This document shows positions 49,501 to 58,977 of a DNA stretch of 64,000 bases, piece by piece; the stretch's first letter is position 1; every line of letters starts with the position of its first letter. Location of the stretch: assembly GCA_043744555.1 (NCBI GenBank), contig JAYTUL010000042.1, positions 5,854-69,853 on the forward strand. Reading direction: 5' to 3'. The DNA is from a bacterium. Its GTDB lineage: Bacteria > Patescibacteriota > Minisyncoccia > Phycocordibacterales > UBA6899. The notes under the pieces are model-generated. The model worked only from the letters and a program-made list of their open reading frames with translations, did no database searches and had not been told where the DNA came from. The translations under genes and the position numbers were made by a program.

Positions 49501-50289
49501 TCAAATAATTCCTCATCTGTTTCGTTGCGGAACCCCGCCGATTCGTCACCATATGAGAATATGCCTCCATCATCGGCCTCCCCGCGCCTCACATCTGAGG
49601 TTTCTTTGATCGATTCTCCCGCTCTTGAAGCAACTCGGACTACGGGCTGGATACTTTTTCAATTCGCAAAACTCATCGCACCCTTCATGCCTTTCCTTGC
49701 CGAGGATATCTATCAGCGACTTAGTATCGAAAACAAGAAAGAGAGCGTTCATCTTGAAAGTTGGAATAATGTAGGCATCGCTGCAAGCACCATCTTGGCA
49801 GATATGGAAGAAGTGCGGCGTTTGGTCACGCTCGCACTCGACGCGCGGGTCAAAGCGGGGATCAAGGTGCGCCAACCACTCGCCCTGCTTTCGGTGAACG
49901 CGAGAACACTGAAGAATAAAGATGCATTGCTTGCGATCATCGCAGATGAGGTGAACGTCAAGAAGATACTCCTTACTGATCAGATCGATTCGAGTGCGGT
50001 AATCCTCGATACCGTCATCACACCCCTACTTAAAGATGAAGGCATATTACGCGACCTCATCCGACTCATCCAAGAAAATCGTAAGAGGCTTGAGCTTGTC
50101 CCTGACAATGCCATTTGTCTCACATATCAAGGTGACCCCGCCATTGAAGCACTAGTTGAAAAATATAAAAAAGAGCTCGAAAGTGCTGCAAACATAACTC
50201 TATTTGAGAAGAAGCTCCAGGAAGGTGGCACGCTCGCCCTTAAAGACGCAAGCTCTAGCGGACTCACAATCGCCATTCGCAAGGTATAA
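46537..50289 (+). CDS. ileS: Isoleucine--tRNA ligase (type 2) with an inserted histidine-phosphatase domain and an in-frame palindromic insertion
   Basis: DGPPFATGLPHYGH, GWDCHGLP, WTTTPWTLP, DWAISRTRYWG, EGIDQTRGWFY, KMSKK. Confidence 0.96.
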   Translation: MDNNEDKKMGNARAGKDGEMSVSAREEAIQKFWKDNSIFEKTLDANKDKEPYVFYDGPPFATGLPHYGHLLAGTIKDVVPRFQTMRGRYVRREWGWDCHGLPIENLIEKELGFKTKKDIEEYGIENFNQKARESVLTYDKEWRSIVERMGRFVDMDKGYKTMDATYTDSIWWAFKTLHDKKLIYEGFKSMHVCPRCETTLAISEVGMNYKDVKDISVYVKFELVDEPNTFLVAWTTTPWTLPGNVALAIGADIEYVKVSATPSVAVNNKRSDGSYHEPERWEEFYIFAKARLEPMQMLAQKEGKDMEVVGTFKGSDLVGKSYKPLFDYYAADEKLENRENGWKIYAADFVTAEDGTGIAHEAPAFGEVDMELGKKMKLPFIQHVSMNGEIKPEVKEFAGLSVKPKSDDDKVRLGTDIAVLKYLQEHGLFFAKENINHSYPHCWRCDTPLLNYAASSWFVDVIKLKPRLLEENKEISWIPEHMGEGRFGKWLEGARDWAISRTRYWGAPIPVWKCNKCAKTEVIGSSEELKSKLTSGNTYFVMRHGESESNVKGIVSYKPEDPFPLTGKGEGEVKATAKKLEALLKSQEKSIDFIIASPVLRTKQTALLVSEALGLSREQVIFDERIAEVNTGEFNGCSIEDYRSQFSDTLEKFYKRPPNGETLEEMKSRIAAFLYDVDAKYKGKTILFVTHEYCVWMMQAAARGATNEEASRMREVSEEDFILTGESREFHFAPLSHNRRYELDFHRPFVDVQTTYQCSCGLGTMTRVSDVFDCWFESGAMPFAQFHYMGDERTEDGKHFIKNFPADFIAEGIDQTRGWFYTLLILSTGLFDRSPYKSVIVNGLILAEDGQKMSKKLKNYPDPMEVVAKYGADALRYYLLSSPAVRGEELRFVTAGVDEVFKKITLRIGNVRSFYEMYQGQEPISRESPKSTNVLDQWILARFLEAHAEITHFLDNHELDRAARPVLPFVDDLSTWYLRRSRDRFKNQSNNSSSVSLRNPADSSPYENMPPSSASPRLTSEVSLIDSPALEATRTTGWILFQFAKLIAPFMPFLAEDIYQRLSIENKKESVHLESWNNVGIAASTILADMEEVRRLVTLALDARVKAGIKVRQPLALLSVNARTLKNKDALLAIIADEVNVKKILLTDQIDSSAVILDTVITPLLKDEGILRDLIRLIQENRKRLELVPDNAICLTYQGDPAIEALVEKYKKELESAANITLFEKKLQEGGTLALKDASSSGLTIAIRKV
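49493..49617 (+). repeat. Palindromic element inserted in frame within ileS
   Basis: Arms AGAATCAATCAAATAATTCCTCA / TGAGGTTTCTTTGATCGATTCT; inner pairs GCGG/CCGC, GCCGAT/ATCGGC, CATAT/ATATG. Confidence 0.75.
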
Positions 50290-50296
50290 TGACGCC

Positions 50297-50884
50297 ATGG
50301 CGTATCATATCTACCATACCGAAGCGATAATATTGGGCGGCAGACCAAGTGGGGAGGGCGATCAGATGCTCTACTGCTATACGCGCGAGCTCGGGCTAAT
50401 CAGAGCGCATGCAAAAAGCCTACGCGAAGGACGATCGCGCTTACGCTATGCATTGCAAATGTTCTCGCATGCAGAACTCGATGTCATTGCCGGCAAGCAT
50501 GGATGGAAACTTATTTCAGCGCGACCCGTCGATTCATTTGCGTCGCTTTGGGAGCATTCTGGAAAGCGCGCGCTATATGCACAGCACGCACAGTTATTGC
50601 GGCGGCTTATTCAGGGGGAGGAGCGCCATGAAAAACTTTTTGACGAGATATTATCGGGACTGCAATTCCTCAAAGACGTTCCACATGAAGCGATGCTTCG
50701 TACCGTTGAACTCATATTCGTGGTTCGCCTCCTCTATCATCTCGGCTATTGGGAAGAGGGTGAAGTCTTTCAGCCGCTCTTAGGAGAGAGTCCGTGGAGC
50801 GACGCAACACTCGCATTCGCGGAAGCTTCTCGCACGCCACTTTTGTTAGGTATTAATCGCGCTTTACGCGAGACACAGCTGTAG
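50297..50884 (+). CDS. recO: DNA repair protein RecO (short form)
   Basis: YHTEAIILG, YTRELGLIRAHAKSLR...SRLRYALQ. Confidence 0.85.
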   Translation: MAYHIYHTEAIILGGRPSGEGDQMLYCYTRELGLIRAHAKSLREGRSRLRYALQMFSHAELDVIAGKHGWKLISARPVDSFASLWEHSGKRALYAQHAQLLRRLIQGEERHEKLFDEILSGLQFLKDVPHEAMLRTVELIFVVRLLYHLGYWEEGEVFQPLLGESPWSDATLAFAEASRTPLLLGINRALRETQL

Positions 50885-50933
50885 ACTCTCATACTTATAC
50901 AGAACTCAAGGAGGAGTGGTATAATATTTACCT

Positions 50934-52853
50934 ATGGACACTGAGTACGAAAGCAGTCGCATTGAGAAGGCAAAGCGCGGTCTTTATCAAGCCGATGAAG
51001 TTCTGCACAACAATGGCGAAAACGCCGATCTCTCGCCGCTTGATATAGACGTTGCTCACGACTGGGGAGATACAACCATCGTTCACGACAGAGAAAAGCG
51101 AACCGGGGGAGTAAATATCCTCAAGGCGCTTGTTGTGCTTGCCGTACTCGTCACCTTTGGCTCAGCAAGCTTCCTCTTGTACAATCTTTTCGACCCATTC
51201 GCAAAACCATCCGATAAGAACATTCTCATTACTTTTGATGTTCCAGTCGGCACCACTCCTGGAGTTCCGGCCGACATATTGGTACGTGTGAGCAATCAGA
51301 ACCGTATCGCTCTCGAATACGGCAATCTCACTATCGTCTATCCACCAGGCACCCGTAAGGGTGACACTCCCGAAAAAGATCTCCGTGACGAAAAAAAGGT
51401 TCTCGGGCAAATTGGCCCTGGGCAGGTCGTCGAGTATCATACAAAGGCAATCTTTCTTGGTGAAGAAAACACCGATAAAGAAATGCACGCGAGTCTCGAG
51501 TATCGTTTCGCAAATATCAGTTCAATATTTACGAAGGATGAGGTGCGCCTGGTCCATCTAGTTTCTGCACCGGTAAATCTCACCGTCGACGTACTCAAAG
51601 AAGTGAACTCCGGACAAGAGATTGAGCTCGGCATTAATGCCGCTTCAAATACCGTTATTCCGCTTCGCGACGTGCTAGTGAAGGTCGAGTTTCCACTCGG
51701 CTTCACCCTCTCTGACACTGACCCAAAACCGACATTTGGCAACAACATCTGGCGCATCGGCACCATGGATCCCGCAAGCAAATTCAAGATACGTATCAGG
51801 GGAATACTTGCAGGTGAAGATACGCAAGAAAAGGTCTTTCATACAAGCGTCGGCGCCGGAAGCGACCAGACTGAACGCAATATTAGCATCATGTACTCAA
51901 CCCAGCTCTCAAGTTTGGTAGTGCAGCGTCCATTTATTGGTATCGCGCTTTTATTGAATGGCAAGTCTGCCGAACAGGCGACTGCGCACTTTGGACAGCG
52001 CATCGGAGGTGAGGTCAACTGGCACAATAATCTTCCGACGAAGATCATCAATGCACAGATCGAGGTCAAGCTAAAGGGAGTTGCACTTGACCGAACCACT
52101 GTTGTTGCGCGCAATGGCTTTTATCGCTCATCAGACGATACGATATTTTGGGATGAACGTTCCAATCCTTCACTTGCAGTGCTTGAAGCGGGCGACAGTG
52201 GTAGTGTTGATTTCTCTTTCTTGCCAATGCCGGCAATATCTGGAACCCAGCTTCTCACCAATCCGACCATCACGGCTGAAGTGACCGTGCGTGGAAAGCG
52301 TATTTCAGAGGCTGGAGTACCAGAAGAAGTGAAGACAGCGACCTCACAGTTCGTAAAGATCACTTCACAGGCACAATTTACTGCTCGCTCAGTGTACTAT
52401 GCTGGACCATTTGTAAACACAGGACATCTTCCTCCAAAAGTTGAACAAGAAACGACCTACACCATAATCTGGGATATCGTGAATATCTCAAACACCATCA
52501 GCAATCCACAAGTACGCGCTATCATCCCACCATATGTAACTTGGGCGGGAGCAGTATATCCGAACAAAGAAAACATTACATACAACCCAAATACTCACCA
52601 GATAACCTGGGCACCGGGAGACATTCCTGCGGGCACTGGGGTGGGCAAGCCACCACGCGAGGTTGCATTCCAGATAATTCTTGCACCAAGCATCAGTCAG
52701 ATCGGAAGCACCCCAACCTTAATGGACCACATTCATTTCGACGGCACAGACTCATTCACCAGCGAATCCCTGGCACAAGATATCAATGATATTACGACCG
52801 TGCTCGTCACTGACCCCAGAGCGACAAAGGAAATGTACACTGTTGTTCGATAA
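50934..52853 (+). CDS. Large single-TM protein with tandem beta-sandwich (DUF11-like) domains
   Basis: One TM near the N-terminus; repeated Ig-like segments (FPLGFTL..TDPKP...WRIG). Confidence 0.75.
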   Translation: MDTEYESSRIEKAKRGLYQADEVLHNNGENADLSPLDIDVAHDWGDTTIVHDREKRTGGVNILKALVVLAVLVTFGSASFLLYNLFDPFAKPSDKNILITFDVPVGTTPGVPADILVRVSNQNRIALEYGNLTIVYPPGTRKGDTPEKDLRDEKKVLGQIGPGQVVEYHTKAIFLGEENTDKEMHASLEYRFANISSIFTKDEVRLVHLVSAPVNLTVDVLKEVNSGQEIELGINAASNTVIPLRDVLVKVEFPLGFTLSDTDPKPTFGNNIWRIGTMDPASKFKIRIRGILAGEDTQEKVFHTSVGAGSDQTERNISIMYSTQLSSLVVQRPFIGIALLLNGKSAEQATAHFGQRIGGEVNWHNNLPTKIINAQIEVKLKGVALDRTTVVARNGFYRSSDDTIFWDERSNPSLAVLEAGDSGSVDFSFLPMPAISGTQLLTNPTITAEVTVRGKRISEAGVPEEVKTATSQFVKITSQAQFTARSVYYAGPFVNTGHLPPKVEQETTYTIIWDIVNISNTISNPQVRAIIPPYVTWAGAVYPNKENITYNPNTHQITWAPGDIPAGTGVGKPPREVAFQIILAPSISQIGSTPTLMDHIHFDGTDSFTSESLAQDINDITTVLVTDPRATKEMYTVVR

Positions 52854-52916
52854 CATGGCAGAACGATCAAGGCGATCGCTTTTCCAAAGCACATAAATTG
52901 TGTAGCATAATAGTCT

Positions 52917-54347
52917 ATGGCAAAAGAGAAAGCAGAACGAAATGAAAAGATGGAGGCAATCATCTCGCTCACGAAGCGGCGCGGTTTCGTGTACCAAGGC
53001 TCTGAGATCTATGGTGGTTTAGCAGGAACGTGGGACTACGGACCACTCGGTGTCATGCTCAAGAAAAATATCGAGAACCTTTGGTGGAAAATATTCGTCG
53101 AGGAGCGCGAAGACATGTACGGCATCGACGCTGCTATCCTTATGAACCCCCAAGTGTGGGTCGCATCAGGTCATGTCGGTGGATTTTCTGATCCTTTGGT
53201 TGAATGCGCAAAATGCAAAAAACGTTTTCGTGCAGATCATTTGCGGGACAAATTTTTAAATGAGAACCCAGCTATCCTTCACGATGAACCGAGCGGAACA
53301 GTCGAAGTATTGAATCGTGACTTTTCATCCTTCGATATCAAGTGCTCCAATTGCGGCAGCAGTTTAAGGAATGCCCAAGTCCGTCAATTTAACATGATGT
53401 TTCAGACACGCGTCGGAGCAAATGAAGATGCAGGAAGCATTACGTATCTTCGTCCTGAGACTGCGGGCGGTATGTTCGTTAACTATAAAAATGTGATGGA
53501 TTCGTTTCACCCTAAGCTTCCGTTCGGACTCGCTCAGATAGGCAAAGCATTCAGGAATGAAATATCTGCGCGCGACTTCATCTTTCGTGTACGCGAGCTC
53601 GAGCTGATGGAAGTCGAGTACTTCGTAGACCCGAGTGAGTGGGAGAAGTATTTCGAAGAATTTCGTTTGCGGATGTGGAGCTTTATCGACGCAATCGGAC
53701 TCTCACGCGAACACGTACACGAACTTGAAGTAGGAGAGGCTGATCGCGCGCATTATTCGCGCCGCACCATCGACTTCGAGTTCGATTATCCATTCGGCAG
53801 AAAAGAACTCTACGGACTGGCATATCGTGGGGACTTTGATCTGAAGAGCCACCAAGAGGGGAGCAAGTCCGATCTGACGTATTTTGATGAATACAGCAAA
53901 GCGCGATTCCTTCCGCACGTCATCGAGCCCGCGCTTGGAGTCGGGCGCACCATACTTGCGATATTAAGTGATGCATATACCGAGGACGAGATGGGCGGCG
54001 AAAAGCGCGTCTATCTTAAGTTCGCGCCTGAGATAGCACCTATTCGCGTTGCAGTGTTTCCGCTACTCAAGAACAAGCCCGAACTTGTGGCCAAAGGTCG
54101 TGAAGTATACAGTAGTCTGCGTAAGATATTTGGCAGCAAGGTGATGTTCGACGACAACGGCAACATCGGCAAACGTTATCGCCGCCAAGATGAGATAGGC
54201 ACTCCATATTGTGTGACTATCGACTTCGACACGCTCGGCGAGAACCCCGAACTGCTTGATACGGTGACCTTGCGCGACCGCAACAGCGGAACACAAAAAC
54301 GCGTCCCACTTTCACAACTAGCGTCGCTTATCGGACATAACGCATAA
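52917..54347 (+). CDS. glyQS: Glycine--tRNA ligase, alpha2 (GlyRS-1) type
   Basis: SEIYGG...DYGPLG, YLRPETA, GKAFRNEI, PHVIEP, IGKRYRRQDEIGTP. Confidence 0.95.
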   Translation: MAKEKAERNEKMEAIISLTKRRGFVYQGSEIYGGLAGTWDYGPLGVMLKKNIENLWWKIFVEEREDMYGIDAAILMNPQVWVASGHVGGFSDPLVECAKCKKRFRADHLRDKFLNENPAILHDEPSGTVEVLNRDFSSFDIKCSNCGSSLRNAQVRQFNMMFQTRVGANEDAGSITYLRPETAGGMFVNYKNVMDSFHPKLPFGLAQIGKAFRNEISARDFIFRVRELELMEVEYFVDPSEWEKYFEEFRLRMWSFIDAIGLSREHVHELEVGEADRAHYSRRTIDFEFDYPFGRKELYGLAYRGDFDLKSHQEGSKSDLTYFDEYSKARFLPHVIEPALGVGRTILAILSDAYTEDEMGGEKRVYLKFAPEIAPIRVAVFPLLKNKPELVAKGREVYSSLRKIFGSKVMFDDNGNIGKRYRRQDEIGTPYCVTIDFDTLGENPELLDTVTLRDRNSGTQKRVPLSQLASLIGHNA

Positions 54348-54537
54348 CAATAGAGAGCAAGCCCTTTGCACAATTTGCATTACTCCTGCTTTTTTAAAAA
54401 TGCAAATTTTAGTCGCCCTCGTTTTCCTTTTTTCAAATTCGTACTTATCCTCCGATTATCCTATTTTCCCCCAAAATGTTTTCCGGAGGAGTAGTCAATT
54501 GCCGTCACGAAAATCTTGTACTTTCCTAGTATTGCGC

Positions 54538-54996
54538 TTATTCCGTGGTCGGTTTTCCTAATTCCGAGAGAGGGTAAATCTTGGTTCCGTGAGAATGGTT
54601 GGATATGAACGTCATGATCGCAACATCTGAAAGTTTTCCAGTTTTCAATTCCGAAATGAACTTTCTGAGTTCATCGGTATATGCCATCATAGAAAATCCC
54701 GTCGCAACATCTAGCTCCATTTCTGTGGGCATTCGGCCGACCTCCTCAAAGATCTCATTGGTCATCTCTATTTTTTGACTTTGAATGTATGCTTCATGCT
54801 CGTTTTGTCTTGCCTCTATGCTTGACTGACGTTCTACTTCAGCCATCCCATCTAACGTATCCATACCTTTGTTCACGCCCATGACCGCCACAAAGCCTCC
54901 CGCTAACAAGGCGGCAGTACCCCATCCCGTTTTCTTTGTTACGGACGGGCGCACGTCACTTTCTACTTCCCCACCTTCCTTGGGCATATTTTCCAT
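54538..54996 (-). CDS. Hypothetical protein
   Basis: 152-aa ORF with one hydrophobic segment and an AT-rich upstream region. Confidence 0.6.
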   Translation of the reverse strand: MENMPKEGGEVESDVRPSVTKKTGWGTAALLAGGFVAVMGVNKGMDTLDGMAEVERQSSIEARQNEHEAYIQSQKIEMTNEIFEEVGRMPTEMELDVATGFSMMAYTDELRKFISELKTGKLSDVAIMTFISNHSHGTKIYPLSELGKPTTE

Positions 54997-55454
54997 ATTT
55001 TTGATAATTACTTAATTATATTATTATAAGTCGTTAAAGCTTAAAAACAAGCGCACCCCGTGGGGTTGTCGCTTGCAACGTGCAGTCGTGTGTTTTTTGT
55101 AGGCGGGGATTTGAAAATAGATCTAATTTCAGGATTTGGACATATCATCGATTCCCGAAAAGATACCGACACAATTTCCTCACGATAATCAAAAAAAATC
55201 GGAAAGTTTATCGTGTACGCCACATTTTGCTTTCATTCGATATATTCTAACAGTACACATGCTACTAGTAGCATGTGTACTCGCTGTGCTTGAGATTGCT
55301 GGTGGGTTTTTTGATGTATCGAACATTGCAAGGTGACAACAAGTAGAGAAAGCACACGAAAGGGAAATGAGTATTGCTTGCGAGGCATTCATGATTATAG
55401 TTATTTCCCCAATTAGCGTTGGTAACAAAATCTGCCTCAGATGAGGCAGATGTA

Positions 55455-55814
55455 TTATCCCGACTTACCGAGTCGAGTGAAAAGCTCCGTAAGTTCTACA
55501 TCGAGTGCAGTATCAGTTGTTTTCGGCTGATCATCGGTTGTCGTTTGAGCGCGCGTCTCCGCATTTTCAATCGTTCGGATGAGGATAAGAAGCATAGAAC
55601 TGATGTAGTACCCAAATTCCAAATGAGTTGGGGAATCGCTCTCTGTGAGGACGTTGTTTGCGCGATTTCCAATCAGTTCTACGAGTTCCCCGAGCTGAAG
55701 ATTTACCTTCTTTAGTCGTTTTACATGCTCGTTGATGTATTTGCGAAGCTCCGGTCTCTTCTGCGGGATTTCTCTCCCCGCGCTTAAGATATCGATAGGC
55801 ATGATCTCTACCAT
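55455..55814 (-). CDS. Hypothetical protein
   Basis: 119-aa ORF preceded by AAGGAGG on the minus strand. Confidence 0.6.
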   Translation of the reverse strand: MVEIMPIDILSAGREIPQKRPELRKYINEHVKRLKKVNLQLGELVELIGNRANNVLTESDSPTHLEFGYYISSMLLILIRTIENAETRAQTTTDDQPKTTDTALDVELTELFTRLGKSG

Positions 55815-55867
55815 ACTGCCTCCTTGTGTATTTTCTTATCTTGTTTTACCCAAACTATAAAACAAAG

Positions 55868-56227
55868 TCAATCATGCTTGCTGGTCTGATGTTTATCGAA
55901 ATAAAGTATGTACGCCAGAGCACACAAGAGGATGAAAGCAGGAAAAGATGCAAGAAGGGACTGTTTAATAATTGTGTTTGAAATAATTGCCGTAGAGAGG
56001 AGTGCTATGAGCAGAATGGCACAGAGATTCGATATTTTTCTCATACACAGACCAACTGCAAGTATGATATTAAGCACACCCGTAAGATACATGAGCCACA
56101 ATGGATAACCCCAAGCAAGAAAGATGGACACCTCTTGCGGTGAATTTGTAAGTTTAAGGATACCCGTGCCAATAAAAACAAACATGACGATAAGCATCAA
56201 TATTATTCGCAGGTAGTATTTGGTCAT
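55868..56227 (-). CDS. DoxX-like membrane protein
   Basis: FIGTGILKL, FLAWGYPLWLMYLTG; four TM segments; TACACT 6 nt upstream. Confidence 0.8.
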   Translation of the reverse strand: MTKYYLRIILMLIVMFVFIGTGILKLTNSPQEVSIFLAWGYPLWLMYLTGVLNIILAVGLCMRKISNLCAILLIALLSTAIISNTIIKQSLLASFPAFILLCALAYILYFDKHQTSKHD

Positions 56228-56948
56228 TTTAAAAGTGTAACACGCAACAGGTAGGATAATATTGCTCACTATTCTCTCGTTTGAGCTAGAACTCGTTATG
56301 GCTAATAAAAACTGTTACCAAGCGCATGTTTAGCGGTACATTCAAGCTTCAAATGCAACACTCCATACTTCAAATTGGGCTCTCTGTCTTAGAGTATTAG
56401 TCCTCTCATTGCTCGACTCTTAAAAAATATAGAGTGACACGAGGGCACTCTATATTATAGGGAATTTGGAATACTTAATGATATTTGATTGTTATGTTAT
56501 ATTTTTTGGCATAATAAAATCCCGCATCCAAAAATATGGAGGCGGGACGGATTCTTTAAAAGTTAGAAAAATAAACGTATACCATAGCCACAGTATATGC
56601 GGCATTACAAACAATCAGTCAAAGGCAGATCCAGTTACAAGCCTGAAACACAGGTCTGTTTTTTCAAATTCATGTTCGGTATTTGGACTCTTTTTTGCAG
56701 GCATCTTATACACAGGTGCAATATTAGAAATATTTGTTTAGAACTGACAAACTCCATCAACACAAGTTTTGCATGTCATTTCATTCCCCGAATCAAATTT
56801 AGCTTTGGGGACTATTTGAACACCATTATAAATTACCTCATCTATGAAAAGAAACGAAACTCGCAAACACTAGGTTTGAAGTTTTTGACTTTCACTCTCA
56901 CTGTGATGCCACAAAATGTTATAACCATCTCAAAATACCCTCGGTAAA

Positions 56949-57003
56949 ATAAAAAAATTTAGCTATATCTGCCGTTCGTTCGAGATAGCTAAATTTTTTT
57001 TAT
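56949..57003. terminator. Long AT-flanked hairpin, probably a bidirectional terminator
   Basis: ATAAAAAAATTTAGCTAT...ATAGCTAAATTTTTTTTAT. Confidence 0.6.
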
Positions 57004-57037
57004 CGCACCAGCTACCTTGAGGTTGGCAAGATGTGTA

Positions 57038-57331
57038 TTAGTAATTAGTGGTTCCTTGAGATTCGGATGTAGGAGTCTGCGACTGTGGTGCGCGGTTTGT
57101 GGCGGGAGTCTCCGTTTGGGCTTGGCTCGGCAGCTCAACTCTAATATTTTGAGTCGAAGGCGTCACCTCTGTGTTTGCGGGTGCAGGAGCGTCGCTCTTT
57201 AGCACTGGAAGTCCGTATACAAGGAATAGTATAAGAATGATGATCGACATAGCTGCGATGATGCCGAGCACCAGATCAGAAGCCTCATCATCTCTGTGTG
57301 TAGTTGAGGGGTTATTTATGATCGTTGTCAT
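57038..57331 (-). CDS. Small single-TM protein with a Pro/Thr-rich tail
   Basis: MTTIINNP..., one TM segment, terminator downstream. Confidence 0.7.
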   Translation of the reverse strand: MTTIINNPSTTHRDDEASDLVLGIIAAMSIIILILFLVYGLPVLKSDAPAPANTEVTPSTQNIRVELPSQAQTETPATNRAPQSQTPTSESQGTTNY

Positions 57332-57628
57332 AGAGTTAAAAGATTAATGAATAAAACTTATTTAAATATACATCTTGCACATGAAGAATCGCTGAAGCTA
57401 TTAGAGCTGCGCTCAATCGCGATTCATGTTGTGTACGTAAAATGAAAAGTGTCGAAAGATAACTTAAGAACTTTAATAGTCTCTTATGAGACGAATATAC
57501 AACGAGAGCAAAGAGCAAGAATGGGAAAGCGATAAGTGTGCGAAGTGTATGCATGATCATGAGAGCGGTATAAAGTGCGCCGCGTGTGAATGCATGGGAT
57601 AGCAGACGGATGTGCCTAATCAAGATTG

Positions 57629-57656
57629 AAAATGACCCGCATATGCGGGTCATTTT
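57629..57656. terminator. Perfect 28-bp palindrome / terminator
   Basis: AAAATGACCCGCAT-ATGCGGGTCATTTT. Confidence 0.7.
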
Positions 57657-57725
57657 TTACTTCTTCTTTGCGGTGGCTTTTAGCTTCTTCTTTTCCTTCT
57701 TGATGTTGTTGTCACCTCGTCCCAT
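57657..57725 (-). CDS. 22-aa Lys-rich small protein
   Basis: MGRGDNNIKKEKKKLKATAKKK*, immediately followed by the palindrome; below the ORF-track cutoff. Confidence 0.6.
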   Translation of the reverse strand: MGRGDNNIKKEKKKLKATAKKK

Positions 57726-57789
57726 ATGTAGAAATTAATCTCTCTAATGAAATAATTATACCTCACGCCCCCATGATATAATAATGCAA

Positions 57790-58668
57790 ATGATCGAAAC
57801 ACCGTACGAAACTATTAGCGAAAAACGCATTACGCATGTACTCCAAGCCAAGTCCACGCTTGAAGGTGCTGGAGTGCACCTCCATCGCGGCTTTGGGCAC
57901 GCTGAAGTTCCTCTCTTCGACCCCTTTTTGCTTTTTGATGACTTCAGTGCAGATAATCCCAGAGACTACCTTCCCGGCTTTCCTTGGCATCCCCATAGAG
58001 GCATTGAGACGGTCACATACATTCTCGATGGAAATGTCCGTCACAAAGACTCTATAGGCAATAGTGGTGTTATTGGAAGTGGAGATATCCAGTGGATGAG
58101 TGCAGGCAGCGGTATCATTCACGAAGAAATGCCGGAAGGCACAGGAGGTATCAAGGGATTTCAATTGTGGGTAAATATTCCAAGGAAAGATAAGATGGCT
58201 CGTCCAAGCTATCAAGAGATAGGCAAAGGTCTTATTCCCGAAGTAACACTCGGAAAGCAGGCTAAGGCACTCGTAATTGCCGGAACAGTTGTGGGAGTGA
58301 GTGGCCCCGCTTCAGATATTATGACTGACCCACTGTACGTCGACATTACCCTTAAACGTGAGCAGCTTTTTAACTTTTCTGTAACTCATGGGTACACGAC
58401 ATTTATTTATATTATTGATGGCCATCTCGCAGGTGGTGTAGAGGGGAATGTTGCTCACTCCAAGGGCACGATTCTTTTATTTGATCGAGATGGGGATACG
58501 ATACTCTTGCGTGCGGGCTCAACTGATGCGCGATTCTTACTAGTGTCTGGTAAGCCGCTTGATGAACCCATTGCATGGCATGGTCCCATTGTTATGAACA
58601 CCAAGGAGGAACTTGTTGTGGCGTATGAAGAATTGCAGCGTGGCGAATTCATAAAAGCATTAAGCTAA
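57790..58668 (+). CDS. Pirin family protein
   Basis: DPFLLFDDF, GFPWHPHRGIETVTY, WMSAGSGIIHEEMP, FQLWVN. Alternative start at 57784. Confidence 0.93.
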   Translation: MIETPYETISEKRITHVLQAKSTLEGAGVHLHRGFGHAEVPLFDPFLLFDDFSADNPRDYLPGFPWHPHRGIETVTYILDGNVRHKDSIGNSGVIGSGDIQWMSAGSGIIHEEMPEGTGGIKGFQLWVNIPRKDKMARPSYQEIGKGLIPEVTLGKQAKALVIAGTVVGVSGPASDIMTDPLYVDITLKREQLFNFSVTHGYTTFIYIIDGHLAGGVEGNVAHSKGTILLFDRDGDTILLRAGSTDARFLLVSGKPLDEPIAWHGPIVMNTKEELVVAYEELQRGEFIKALS

Positions 58669-58977
58669 CTTGATGTTGATTTTTGGTCAGGATTTGTAGA
58701 AAATGAAGCAAGATGTTTTGAAGGAGTAAGAAGTGTCAGGCAATGAAGAAAGCATGCTCTTGCGAATGGTCCTAGTGCTCAAATGTGTCGTCATCGCAAG
58801 CGTGCTCACCATAATTAGCTCGCATTTTCCTCCCTCACGCCACCATATAGCCTACATAGGACTGGTTTTATATCCGGCATTTCTAACCCACGGCAGCAGC
58901 CACTTCGCGTGTCGGGTGTACAGACAAAGCCAAGATTGAGTATAATTACCACATCAATATTATTTAATCCTCATTTT

